64,000 nt of DNA from Rhina ancylostomus (taxonomy: Eukaryota), in NCBI GenBank assembly GCA_030265395.1, contig JARFYF010000063.1:43092702-43156701 (forward strand). The letters are read 5' to 3'. Position numbers and translations under genes: made by a program. Shown one piece after another: positions 53,101 through 64,000 of the stretch (the first letter of the stretch is position 1; every line of letters begins with the position of its first letter). Below the pieces are notes generated by a model. That model saw nothing but the letters and a program-made list of their open reading frames with translations, was not told where the DNA came from and ran no database searches.

Positions 53101-56100
53101 ATATTTTCCTTGACCTCCTCGGTTAACTATGGATGGTTCATCTTTCCCATTTGTCCCTGTTTCAAGTCAGTAATACATCCTAATTAGAATTATGGTCAAA
53201 GGCTGAAGAACACTATAGTTTGGTTGAATGAAAAATTAAATCAGTACTGAGATTAATCCAACTGCTCCATTAATTTAAATTCCAGTGCTTCAATATGACC
53301 ACCTAAGACTCTTGCAAATGTCTACAGATATACACTGGAGAGCATTCCGACAGGTTGCATCACCGCTTGGTATGGAGGCTCCAATTTGCAGGATCGAAAG
53401 AGGCTGCAGAGGGTTGTAGACTCAGCCAGCTCTATCACAGGCACAACCCTCCCCACCATCGAGGATATCTTCAAGATGCGGTGCTTCAAGAAGGCGGCAT
53501 CCATCATCCAGGACCCTCACCATCCAGGACATGGCCTTTTCTCATTACTACCATCAGGGAGGAGGTACAGGAACATGAAAACCCACACTCAATGCTTTAG
53601 TTTTTTTCCCTCTGCCATTAGCTTTCTGAATGGTCCATGAACCCATGAATACTATCACATTATTCCTCTTTTGCATCATTTATTTATTTTTGTAACTTAT
53701 TTTGCACTGAACTGTGGCGCAAAAGAACAAATTTCACAACCTATATCAGTGATAATAAATGATTCTGACAACTTAAAAGAGAATGGAATCTCACAATACA
53801 AACCACAATGGGAGTGTATGTATCTTAATTTGCTTTCAAACATTTCCTATTCAAATTAGCATAATCTTAAATAAAATTCTTCAGTAATTTAGTGCAAGGT
53901 AGTTTCGCCCTTTAGGGACTTTACAGTTTATCAATTTTTTGTTAATCTATAAAGTAGCTGAGTGATCATGTAATCAGGATTCACCTCGCAAAGTGTGCTC
54001 TGCCTCAATAACTGCATCCAGTGGTGGGGGTTNNNNNNNNNNNNNNNNNNNNNNNNNNNNNNNNNNNNNNNNNNNNNNNNNNNNNNNNNNNNNNNNNNNN
54101 NNNNNNNNNNNNNNNNNNNNNNNNNNNNNNNNTTCAATAGCTTTAGCCAAAAATGGTCCAATTCCTCCCAGACGAAGAAGTTTGATGCTCAGAGCCACTT
54201 CATGAAGAGGTGTGCGGAATATCTCAGGAGTCATGTGGGTCTCAAGTCTGAGAGTAGATGAACTTAGATTGTTAATGAAACACCACCAAAATCAAACATT
54301 ATCCAGAAGTGTATCTTTTCCATAACAAGTTTATAACTAACTCTGCAAATTTTAAACCAATTTCAACCATTTTAAAATTTGATTACAAACCTATTGAAGA
54401 TGACAGCTCAGTGACTACACTGCAAGACAAACTACTTACAAATGGATCTGCTCATGCTGAACCTTAAAGGTCTATTATTTCATTCATACCTCTCAAATCG
54501 CGCCCTGCTGCAGAGATGGAAGCAGAAGCCAGGTCGGACACGACCTGCTCTACCCCGTCGCTGCTCCAAATTGGTCTTGGAAGCCCACACTGTGGCGTAA
54601 TTGGTCATGTTGTTGTGAGATGTGAACAGCTTCATTTTCTGTCTGAAAAATACATTCAAATAAAGTGTAGAGCTCAGCAGTTAACCAATTCAAACTTGTT
54701 AATGAAATGAGATTTCTGAACATTTATTTTAGTAGGCCACAGGCACGAGGCCATGTTGATTTCTTGAGCAATAAAATTAAGTTGCATAAACAACTGAACA
54801 AAATCACATCATTGATCAACTAATTATAAATTCTTCACAAATTAAAAAAAACTTGTCTATCCAACACACCAACTTTAATTATGTATTAAAGTTCTGGTGG
54901 GCCACAACTATTGGTAAGACTTAATGCTAAATTATGGTTTTGTTCAGGGTAAGCTCCCTTCTATTGAATTACTGGGCTGTTGAAAGAGAGATCCATACTG
55001 TCGCTGATGTTCTTTGGTGGTACTCTGACAGAATGGGGGTAGAGGTTAGGTCCCAACCTCCTTGGAATAAGCAGTTTGACTGTCTGAAGTAACATTTCTT
55101 GACCTTTGGGTGCCAAGACACAGATTCTATCACAATCAATGTAAAGAGAATTACTCTGGATATTGTCTTTCATGAATTATTGCTTTCTGAAGACTTTTCT
55201 CTCTCTACCCTGACTTTCTGCCAAAATGTTATCCACAATATCCAAAATGATTTTCTCCACACTCTGACAGAAAAACCTTCAGTTTCCTGTCTAGACCAAG
55301 ACCTTCTATTTTGCATCCCATTACAAAATGAGGGATCAATCATTCACGCCAGATGGAAAAAAAATTTCCTGACCCAGAGGTCATTGAATCTTTGGATTTC
55401 TTTACACAAGAGGGCTAAGGAGGCTCAGTACCCAAATACATTCAAGACAGAGATCAGAAAATATTAAGAGAATCACGGGATATAAGGTAAGCACAAATGA
55501 GGAAAGAAATCAGCTACGATCTTACTGAAAAACAGAGCAGGCTCAAGTGGCCGAATAGCTTGCTCCTTCTTCTATTTATTATTTCTTTTATGTGCTAGTA
55601 GAAATATCCAGATATTCATTGTTAGCTGGTCCATATCTCTCTCCTCCAAAAACATGGCCATTAATTTCTTATTGTTGGCTGCAATGCACAAACTAGATAA
55701 TGTATTTGCTTTTCAAAAATCATTTTGTATTTTGCAAAAATCATCCCAGAACCAGTATAAGGAAATTCTGAAATATTAAAGTTGTCATATACATATGAGC
55801 TTAAGCATTAAATTCATTTAATAATTGTAAATCCATATTTTGCTTCAAAATCAAGGTGTTTAAGTAATCACTTACTTGCATGAATCAATGACATAAACCA
55901 CATCATTAATGGTAATACTGGTTTCTGCAATGTTTGTGGCCAAAATGACCTGGTGGTAAAGAATTAAAACAGGGATCATTGCTCATATACTCAATTATTA
56001 TCACAGAATTCCACATTGCTGAACATTTCTTGCAAAGATGGTGCCTAAACTTCATGCATCTTGCAGATTTTAGCCAGAACAATCTGCTCTGGCTACTCTC

Positions 56101-59100
56101 AAAATACAAAGTGTGTTTGCAAAACATGGAGTAGGCATTGTATTTTCCTTCCCCACCCATCCTTCCTTATCCTATTTCACCTCCTCCATGATCAAGTTNN
56201 NNNNNNNNNNNNNNNNNNNNNNNNNNNNNNNNNNNNNNNNNNNNNNNNNNNNNNNNNNNNNNNNNNNNNNNNNNNNNNNNNNNNNNNNNNNNNNNNNNCA
56301 TGATCAAGTTTCTTTCAAATTTGCAGTTATACTCTAAATATAACTTTGTCAACCGATTGTGTAAATTTAATTTCTGCTTTAAATTCACCCTCAGATCTAA
56401 ATTAGAGTTCACAATCTAACCTTTCTGACTCCTGGTGGTACAGGATCAAACACCCTGCGTTGTTCCTCCCTTGGAATCTGCGAATGTAATGGCAGAATTC
56501 TGTATTTATGGCTTCCTGTTAAGTAAAGGAAAGGTTTCAATGCTTCAATAAAATACTTCAATACTCCTCAATAAAAACATATTCTAACATTAAAAGGAAC
56601 TGTTCTGTAAAACACTGAAGTATAGCAACTTCAGTTCTCATAATATTAACATTAAGGTTTTGTAGTTTACATATACAGTTTAAATATTCACCCAATATTG
56701 AAGACTAAGTTAAAACTTGGAAACTTCCTTAATGTTACAATGGTGTACAGGTTATGGTACCAGACGATTAATTTACACAAGCATATTCTTGTGCTGTGAA
56801 ATTCAATGATTCTAACATCAAAAACTGTCAAAAAATATAAAATTGATTCAACAAATTAAGTCACGGGGACGTGGGAGATGGGCAGTCACATACTCAATCA
56901 CCCTTCCGTACAGGTAAACTGGAAGATCCTGGTCATTTTTGGATACCATAACTGAGGTACTATGCACTTGCTGGCATTGCTGCACTGGATTTAAGGAGGT
57001 GAAACATGACCCATAATTTCTATTATATGACCCATAATCCCTAATCACAATCCACCTGGAAGAATGCAACATGGCAGGCCATCAGCTATCCCTTAATTTG
57101 AATTCCTAAAACATACTATCTGTTTATTAACACTTGTGTTGCTGGTGGGAACTTACTATGCAGAAATTAACTGCTGAATTTTCTGCAACATAAAACCTCA
57201 AATAGTACTTGGCTGTTGTAAAGTGCTTTGGAACAGCCTGAGATATGACAAGCACTTTGAAATGTTACTTACTTTTACCATTCTGGGTCAGAGCAGCATT
57301 ATTGCTCAGATTGCATTTGAAAACACATGATTCTTTGATACGGACATTTGAAAAGCATTTTCCACTCCCAAGTGCCAAAATGACTACCCATACCAGGTAT
57401 GGCCCAGGTTTGTTCTCTTATCCCTCATGGTAACTGATCTTGTTTAAGATACAATTTCTTTTATTATTGTTTATTTGCCCATCTCTAATTGATCTTATGA
57501 CGAAATGCTCTTGAGAAGTGGTAGCAAGCTACCTTCTTAATCCAGTGCAAACTTTCTGATGAAGGTAATCTGAAAAGTGCTGTTGGGTTGCAAGTTTCAG
57601 GAATAGACATGATAATGAAGAAGGACCAGGGATATATTTCCAAAGTCAGTATGGTGTGCAACTTGGAGAAGAGCCTGCAGTTGGTGGTGTTCGCATGCAC
57701 CTGAAGATGTCATTATTGGCTTCAATGCCTGACAGACATAAGGTGAAAGTCATCTAAGATTCCTGTTCGAATCACGATCCAGCAAGAAGAATGTGACAAT
57801 CTGCAAACACTCATACAATTTCACAAGGGTTTGAATCTGGGAATGGAAAAGTATAATAAATGGGAGTAAACATCAAAATAAAAGAAAGAAACTGCCTCAA
57901 TAAAATAAAAGAAAAACGGAGACACATTAAACCTGGGAATATAATGGAAGCAATCTTGACCTAAAACCCTGAAAGTTTCTTTATGTTTAATCAGTAGAAA
58001 CTTAGAACAAAGTTAAGTCTTTCTTTTGTGTGATACAAGAAAGGAAGCAAGATGGTTCAAATGAACAACTCTCTCCTCCTATCTGGCAAGTTGAGATACT
58101 ATGGACAACAGGAAAACAACAATTACTCTCAAACTACGTGTCATAAAAGTGCAAATGAGAATGAAAAGCAGTACTTAGAGATCAGCAAAACAGGTTGCAT
58201 AAGAGTAAGACAAACACGAACCAAAGTAAGAATTCATTTCCAGATGTCTTTGCATGGCAAAAATCAAGTTCCATCCAGGCAAGAAAACAAGAACTGCCCC
58301 ATCGACATCCAATGTTTCAATATACTTGAGTAACGCTTCTATCAGTTCAAATGGGGTCTCCTTTTCACTCATCTGCGCCATAGCACGTTTGGTTTCTGGC
58401 CCATAATCATCACCACATATATTGTTGCAGTTAACCTGTAACAATGCAGACATTATTACAATTCAACAAACCTGACTACAAAATGATCAAACATTAATTA
58501 TTTCAGACCAGATCCACATCCAGTGATCTGTTCATGTCCTGTTCTGTTCTGTTTTGGTACATTGTAAAATCACCATCAACTATATCTTCCCATTAAAGTC
58601 AGCTCTTCATAACAGTTCAAATTTCATTAACATGTTTTTTCAGCAATCTAACCTGTATTATCTTGTCAGTCAGGGAGCTTTGTTTCTTTAGCCCAACGCC
58701 CACCTGGCTATAACACTAATACTCTAGAGAGAACTCATTGTGCTCAGCAGAACAATAACCTTTTTACCACTGTCCCGGATCTAGATAGGTCAGGTGCTCA
58801 TCAGACAAATTAACCGAATCTTCAGGTAGCCCTAGCAGCTGTATATAATATTGAGAGCCACACTGCCTGGAAGTTCACCAAATTTAGTTGGCTATTTTAC
58901 AAGGACAAATCAAAAATATAACAGCAAGTAGATTCAAAGAACTGTGTCTTGTAATTTGGTTTTAATCCTACAAACCTTGTTCAATTTTAAAAAAATAGAA
59001 ATCCATCTACTGTTTACTGACCAAATGCTGGTTTTAGAGAACATTGTGGAGTTTGATCTTGAAAACTTAAATATCCTCAATGAAATTCCAGATCTGTTTA

Positions 59101-62100
59101 TACCTCCTCATCATCACCGCCACCTTCTTCATCTTTGTCTTTTTTCTTCTTGTCTCTTGGAGGAGGAACAAACTGAGTCATCTGGATACAATCTTCTAAG
59201 AAATATTCTGGAAATAAGCAACAATGGTTCTTTAAGTACTAAATTCAAAGCAGAATGACCACAAAGTTGCGAAGTAATTTGAAATCCAAAAAGGCAGGCA
59301 ACAGAGTTGAACAATGGTAAAAATCTGAAAGTGAGGTTTAGGCTGATTGAATTCAAATACAGACAATTCCTATAATTCTTAAATTTTATCAGTAAGGATA
59401 ACCTTCCACAAGAGAATTTTATAAAACTTGTGCATATTACAAAATATATGATTGCACAACAGAACTTCAAAAAGATATGGTTATTATCTTTTACCAAATG
59501 AGTAAAGCTATTTCTGACAAGCGTTCAACATCAAAGCAGGAGCATATGGTACAGGTCTTTTCTACTATATAATTAAAAGTATACATGCACGCATCCTGAC
59601 ACAATGTCAGCATTTGGAAAAATGTTGTAACCTATCATTAAAGATGTAATAACATAACACCTTGAAATGAGTAATAAGACTGAGCAGAGTCAATATTGAT
59701 TTCCAAAAGAAAAATGTTTTGAATAATCCACTGAGGTTCTTTGAGGATGTGATGAGTAGAATAGTTAAGGGACAACAAGTGAATGTAGTGTTTTTGGATT
59801 TTTTCAAGGCTTTGATAAAATTCCACAGAGGAGGAAGGTCACCAAGATTAGAGCACATGGAATTAGGGATAATATACTGATATGGATTAAGAATTAGTTA
59901 TCAGACAAAAAGCAGAGTGAAAATTAAAAGATCCTTCTGAGGCTGCCAGTCTGCAAGAAGTGGGTATTGTCAGGATTGGTGCTTGCCCCAAACTATTCAC
60001 AATATATAGCTGGATATTAAGGAAATCAAGGGATATGATGATATTGCAGGAAATGACACTGAGGTAGATGGTCAGCCATGAGTTTGATTAATGATAGAGC
60101 AGGCCTAAAGCATGGAATCTTCTATTTCTTACATTCCAATGGAAGCCACAATCTTGCTCTAACTGCTGCTCTTGCAAACGAGAATGAGATGTATTCAGCT
60201 CTACTGAAATAGGGAGAGATGGTGACCTTGCTTATGTGATTGAGCATAATAGACAGGATAACGTCATAAGTATTTCCAGCTCCAGCCTTTAAAAATCAGA
60301 TGCATAGAATCTATTCATCACTCTGGCAGCCATAGGAAACATAGAAAATAAGAATCGGAACAGGCCATTCGGCCTTTTAGGCTCAAAGGGTTATATACAC
60401 TGCAAAGGGTTATATATCCTGTTTCTCATAACCAAAGCCAACCTGTTCAAGATCCAACCCAACAAATCAGATAGCTGTAACAATTTAACTATGCTACCTG
60501 AATGTGTGAAATTCTTTAAGTGATCAATAAGGGAGTGTCTAAAACCCAGAATAAGAGTCTGATAATAAGAGGTCAGCCAATTAGGGCTGAGTTGAGAAGC
60601 TAACTCATTTTCTCATAAAATTCTCTTTAAATTATTGAACATATCTCTCTGTTAACTAAAATAACATGCATAATTAGGATATGATTTAAATTATACATAA
60701 ACTATTAAAAAAAGTACAAAATTGCAGCAATTCTTATATACCTTGAACAGGGAATGTTCTTCCATGCACTTCAATTATTGGACAGTTAAAAAAGTACTCT
60801 CTGAACATAGTAGTGTCAATGGTGGCAGACATGAGAATAACATGGATATCAGGGTATGTCTGGACAACATCACGTAAAACCACAAGAAGAAAATCAGTCT
60901 GAAAGAGAATTATGGATAATTTTGATTTACTCTAACAAACAGTTCAATATAAAGACTTTTAAATTTTGAAAAAGAATCACTGAAGACATTATGCTTAATT
61001 ACATTGAACCTGTGTTGAGGCAGATATTGGACACACTCAGAAACATATTATGCACACGTATTTCTGCCCCGTGAGAAATACAGAGGGAAAATGCTAAACT
61101 ATTTATGGAAGTGTCTGCAATCAAGTCGCAATCGCTTATGGAGTCTTGAAATTCAATCCACAGATAAATCCCAAACAACTGTCGAGTGAAAGTGGATTTG
61201 GGCAGTTCAGCTTCATATTAAGACCAATTTCTCACTATGTCTTAAAGACAAAACGCTCGTAGTTTATACACTTTGACAAAGAAAACTTGTAAAATGTAGA
61301 ACAAGCTCCATTATCCACATTACTGTGGAGATTGATGGATAATTGACAGACCCCAGATTTCGATCTTGCACATTTTCCACCATAATATAATGTAGATTTA
61401 CAAAAAAAAAGTGAGCATCAACATCAAAGTGCTTTCAGGCTGAGGGAAATTTATGGTTTGAGATTGGCACATTGTATAATAAAGCAATCTTACATACAAG
61501 CTTCTACAGCTAAACTCTAAGCTCACGAGCAATCAACAAACAGCGAAATATAAGTATTACTTCAAGATTACATCAACCTTGCCCTCTACAACAATGAGAA
61601 AGCTAGCAAAGACAAAGGGATAGACACTAAAAGCAATACTGGTGGTTTCTGAAATCAAAGGAGTATCTGCAAAACAAAATGCTATTCTGGCAAATGATAT
61701 AAACATGATAGGAAAGCAAACAGGAATGGTGACAATGGATGCATACACTTTCTTGGTACATAACGTAAATTGCAAGGTAACTAAGAGGAAAGAAAAAATA
61801 AATGCCTCTGGGGAAAAAGTAAATGTACATAAAGAATATCATTATTGAACAGAGCCATAACTGAATGTCAGATACTCACATTAATATCTCTCTCATGAAT
61901 TTCATCCACAATTACATGACTTATACCACGAAGGCCAGCCTCTAACTTCCTCAGCAATACACCTGAAAAAATATAAATGTCATCATTTTTACTTAGCACA
62001 AAACATTATGTTTGATGTCTATAGTTGATCTTTGGGCTGACTGCATAGTTTGATCCTGACCCAGTTAGTCATGTAATTTTAGTTATCTCCATACAGGCTG

Positions 62101-64000
62101 TCCCCGGCTAACAAACAGGTTCCATTTTTATAGACGTTCTTAAGTCAATATTATCCATACATCGGAAAATACACAAAAATCACTCAATACAGTAGCCGTA
62201 CCTCCACAGTATTGTAATGAATACCATAAAAAGCACTTGAGATTGATAGAAATGAGCAATTGCTAAAAGTAAAAAAAGAGAAGAGTCTATTTCTGCCATT
62301 CACAGAAAAGAACGTATATACATTAATCAAACTTTTGAATTCAATAATATTACTGGAGCTCATATGTATGTACAGGTGTCCATAATTCAGGCATTTCTAA
62401 CCTGGGGACGGCCTGCATTGCACAAGGTCTCTTGACAACTGCGATAATATATGCATGACCACATACCCTTGCCACTCTACTAACTTTCAAAGGCCCACCA
62501 CGTTGAAATGTGCAAGATACTCCTGCTGTGATAAAACATCACCAGCTTTCAAAGGCAGAACACTTCCCAGATACCAGACTACTGTGAATTTTCAAGTAGG
62601 CCAAATAGAGATTACTGGCAGCCAGAATAAAACAAAAGTCAACCAATCATTATCCTTTAGCTGAGTAGTTAAAAAGATAGACAATAATAGTTATTGAAGT
62701 GTCCCTAATGGACTTCTCATTTCTTCAAGTCTTCGTTCCTGATCTGTAGATAAACTGCTTTCAGGTTCACCGGCTGGAAAGGAGTGCCATCCAGTACTGT
62801 CACACAGAGAGGACACATAAAGGGCTCTAAAATTAAACATGATAAATTGCCAGGCACAGAAATAAACATTCCAGGCATTTCAAAGATGCAGAAGTTCTGA
62901 TGAACAGCAAATATAAGCATTTGGAAAGGCACAATTTAATTAAGGTTAGTCACCATTAATTTATTACAGGAAGTTCATAGTTGACTGAATTCTTTCAAGG
63001 AACAGAAGGGAAGGTCAAAGATGTGATGCATTTCATGTAGCTCACATGAATTAGAACAGTAAAACCATTTGGGATCCAATGAAGAATGGCAAGTTGTACA
63101 AAATATTGGTTCAGTGACAGGAATCAAAGCGTAATGGCCAACAGGAATGTTATCGACAAGAAAGCTGTGTGTAGTGGAGTTCCACTGAGCTCAGTATGGG
63201 TCTCTTGCCTTTCATTTGTAATTATTGATAATTTGGACAAATGCAGGGTAAGGGTCGAGTGCCAGAGTTGACAGTGTGGATGATAGTGAGGAAGAAAGTT
63301 CCAGACTGCAGAAGATATCAATGACGAGATGTCTACAAAAGTGGCAAACAAAATTGAATTCAGAGAACCAATCTAAGAAAGAGAAGACCATTGATCTACC
63401 ATTCAATGAGATCATGGCTGAAATAAGCCCCACTTTCATGTACCAGCTCCATCTCACAATTTCCATAATATTTAAACAACGATTNNNNNNNNNNNNNNNN
63501 NNNNNNNNNNNNNNNNNNNNNNNNNNNNNNNNNNNNNCCACCACCCCCCCCCCCCCCCCCACCACCCAGTGAACACATTCCTTCTCAGCTCAACCCTAGT
63601 CTTAATTTGAGACTGAGTAGCTCAGTCAGAGAACAAGCTTGGATATTGTGATTTGGAACAATCCCAATCAAAACCAAGCTTCAATAAAATTTGCTTCCCC
63701 ATCAACACTCCCAACCAAGTGTGCCATTCCAGCTCCTGAGGTACTAACATCTTTAACAAGACTTACACCATCCCTCCCTTTCAAATCATAAAGAGTAAAA
63801 TAAAAGCAAGAACAACATTTTCCATAAGGATGGTTAATTTTACTGCAATTCAGTTGTCAGACAAATACTAACCTACAGTACAGAACATTATACTGCCATG
63901 TGGTCTTGGCAATATGGATTCAAATCGAACACTGTAACCACAGCTCTTGCCCAGCTCTTCTCCTCGTTCACAACCAACACGCTCTGCAACTGACACAGCA
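37163..64000 (-). CDS. DHX9: ATP-dependent RNA helicase A (DExH-box helicase 9), 3' part of gene (16 coding exons; continues past the window end)
   Basis: Spliced minus-strand exons give DEIH (motif II), SAT (III), LPGW (IV), TNIAETSIT (V), QRRGRAGR (VI), HA2 and OB-fold segments, the [13 protein letters not shown] nuclear-transport motif and a Gly/Tyr/Arg tail. All junctions are GT-AG and in phase. Confidence 0.97.
37196..37786 (-). repeat. Coding minisatellite: 22 units of 27 bp (one 24 bp) encoding Y[GS][GDSN]N[QR][GSD]GGG
   Basis: Counted from the translation; plus-strand unit resembles CCACCACCACCCYGGTTACCACCATAT. Confidence 0.95.
39187..39510 (+). mobile_element. tRNA-derived V-SINE (HE1-like)
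   Basis: A-box GGTAGCGCAGTGG; TGTGTGGAATTTGCAC...GGGTTTCCCCAGGTGC..TTCCTCCCACATCCAAAAGA. Confidence 0.75.
39930..40127 (-). CDS. DHX9: DHX9 exon ([12 protein letters not shown]...GINLMANTR)
   Basis: tcgtag|G...AG|gtgagc; 198 bp. Confidence 0.95.
40610..41700 (+). mobile_element. Degraded CR1 LINE
   Basis: GACTTTTAGAAG..TTTGATAAAGTG; ORF remnant [23 protein letters not shown]. Confidence 0.7.
42552..42667 (-). CDS. DHX9: DHX9 exon ([39 protein letters not shown])
   Basis: tccag|ATC...TG|gtaaga; 116 bp. Confidence 0.95.
43700..43929 (-). CDS. DHX9: DHX9 exon, OB-fold region (CLMTQVF...PFFVFGEK)
   Basis: aaatag|AA...AAG|gtgagt; 230 bp. Confidence 0.96.
44756..44883 (-). CDS. DHX9: DHX9 exon ([16 protein letters not shown]...NSGFPE)
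   Basis: ttctag|A...GAAG|gtaaac; 128 bp. Confidence 0.96.
44989..45150 (-). CDS. DHX9: DHX9 exon ([18 protein letters not shown]...FQAWDDAR)
   Basis: ttgcag|T...AG|gtatgc; 162 bp. Confidence 0.96.
46718..46829 (-). CDS. DHX9: DHX9 exon, HA2 ([36 protein letters not shown])
   Basis: tcacag|AA...CA|gtaagt; 112 bp. Confidence 0.96.
47135..47670 (+). mobile_element. tRNA-derived V-SINE (HE1-like), interrupted by the PLE insertion
   Basis: V-domain-like GCATATTCTCCCCATGAC..GTTTCCCCAGATGCTCCAATTTCCTCC; CR1-type tail GGGCCAAATGGCTTCCT. Confidence 0.65.
47195..47376. mobile_element. Short Penelope-derived fold-back insertion with hammerhead remnant and 14-bp TSD, nested in a V-SINE
   Basis: TSD GATCCTGACGTCAG (47181-47194) and GACCCTGACATCAG (47377-47390); inverted arms of about 47 bp; GGTCCTGAAGAAGGG..CCC at 47280. 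Confidence 0.85.
47790..48640 (-). mobile_element. CR1 LINE 3' part
   Basis: Minus ORF 48147..48434 [24 protein letters not shown]. Confidence 0.75.
48647..51935 (+). mobile_element. Near full-length degenerate non-LTR retrotransposon (CR1/L2/Jockey-group RT) with tRNA-like 5' head
   Basis: A-box 48657-48667, B-box GGTTCGAATCC 48721-48731; GRSDH-like EN end; [57 protein letters not shown]; tail AGGGCAAATAGGGATGGGCAATTAAAT. Confidence 0.85.
52555..52755 (-). mobile_element. SINE 3' part (V-SINE-like), nested in degraded CR1 sequence
   Basis: ATCATAGAGAGATAGAGCATGGAAGCAGGCCCTTC...CTACACACTA..CTTTGGGA. Confidence 0.5.
53292..53768 (+). mobile_element. Rex1/Babar-type LINE 3' end
   Basis: [51 protein letters not shown]; ends GTGATAATAAATGATTCTGA. 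Confidence 0.8.
53985..54247 (-). CDS. DHX9: DHX9 exon ([11 protein letters not shown]...[18 protein letters not shown]), split by a spurious 100-N gap
   Basis: ctcag|A...CGAG|gtgaat; removing the Ns and a 2-bp overlap gives 161 bp in the correct phase. Confidence 0.93.
54490..54642 (-). CDS. DHX9: DHX9 exon, motif VI ([11 protein letters not shown]...[24 protein letters not shown])
   Basis: tttcag|A...GAGAG|gtatga; 153 bp. Confidence 0.96.
55876..55949 (-). CDS. DHX9: DHX9 exon, motif V ([24 protein letters not shown])
   Basis: accag|GTC...AA|gtaagt; 74 bp. Confidence 0.96.
56421..56515 (-). CDS. DHX9: DHX9 exon ([31 protein letters not shown])
   Basis: aacag|GA...AAG|gttaga; 95 bp. Confidence 0.96.
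57130..57275 (+). mobile_element. Deu-domain SINE (SacSINE1/AmnSINE1-like) 3' fragment
   Basis: TTGCTGGTGGGAACTT..TGCAGAAATTAACTGC..GTAAAGTGCTTTGG..CCTGAG..GCACTTTGAAATG resembles the recalled DeuSINE tail. Confidence 0.4.
57470..57705 (-). mobile_element. 3' tail fragment of the same LINE family (another at 42200-42425, +)
   Basis: ATTTGCCCATCTCTAATTG..CTTGAGAAGTGG..TATATTTCCAAAGTCAGTATGGTGTGCAACTTGGAG. Confidence 0.55.
58222..58435 (-). CDS. DHX9: DHX9 exon (VNCNNICG...VFLPGWNL...MNSYF)
   Basis: tacag|GTT...TTTG|gttcgt; inside ORF 58175..58453. Confidence 0.95.
59104..59207 (-). CDS. DHX9: DHX9 exon ([34 protein letters not shown])
   Basis: ttccag|AA...GAG|gtataa; 104 bp. Confidence 0.95.
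59625..60135 (+). mobile_element. Degraded CR1 LINE fragment with 3' tail
   Basis: TTCTTTGAGGATGTGA..TTGGATTTTTTCAAGGCTTTGATAA; GATGGTCAGCCATGA..GAGCAGGC. Confidence 0.65.
60742..60898 (-). CDS. DHX9: DHX9 exon with SAT motif ([10 protein letters not shown]...GRTFPVQ)
   Basis: ttcag|ACT...CAAG|gtatat; 157 bp. Confidence 0.96.
61880..61962 (-). CDS. DHX9: DHX9 exon with DEIH motif ([27 protein letters not shown])
   Basis: tttcag|GT...AAT|gtgagt; 83 bp. Confidence 0.96.
62094..62415. mobile_element. Tigger/pogo-like MITE
   Basis: TIRs CAGGCTGTCCCCGGCTAACAAA and reverse complement CAGGCCGTCCCCAGGTTAGAAA (17/22); TA on the left, CA on the right. Confidence 0.7.
62960..63365 (+). mobile_element. 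Degraded CR1 LINE RT fragment
   Basis: SGVPLSSV (GVPQGSV-like) and flanking CR1-like sequence. Confidence 0.5.
63873..64000 (-). CDS. DHX9: DHX9 exon, partial (AVSVAERV...[22 protein letters not shown])
   Basis: Runs off the window; donor G|gttagt on minus. Confidence 0.95.

Noticed and set aside
58216-58221. Weak donor GTTCGT as a minor-spliceosome or non-canonical site
   Set aside because: It is a GT donor and lacks the U12 consensus RTATCCTT.
60384-60416. Short tandem duplications (CAAAGGGTTATATA twice; also about 49140-49192)
   Set aside because: Ordinary slippage-scale events with no further structure.

Overview
Vertebrate genomic DNA from a draft assembly with many N gaps. The repeat content (CR1 LINEs, V-SINEs, Penelope-like elements, Rex1, RTE, Deu-type SINE) suggests a cartilaginous fish (inference). 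Two spliced genes converge tail-to-tail. SHCBP1L lies on + (last 8 coding exons, 5287..33188; 5' exons not found in the window). DHX9/RNA helicase A lies on - (last 16 coding exons, 64000..37163; 5' part outside the window). All traced introns are GT-AG and in consistent phase. Most interesting: (1) Penelope-like elements (PLEs) with minimal hammerhead-ribozyme motifs, including two 160-180 bp fold-back insertions with target-site duplications whose sense arm starts exactly at the ribozyme; (2) a roughly three-fold expanded, prion-like DHX9 C-terminus built from 22 copies of a 27-bp unit; (3) a stop-free in-frame 105-nt DHX9 intron; (4) a tRNA-headed LINE with a 42-bp locally templated insertion. 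Gene and family names come from recall of orthologue and consensus sequences, not from database searches. TE boundaries are approximate.
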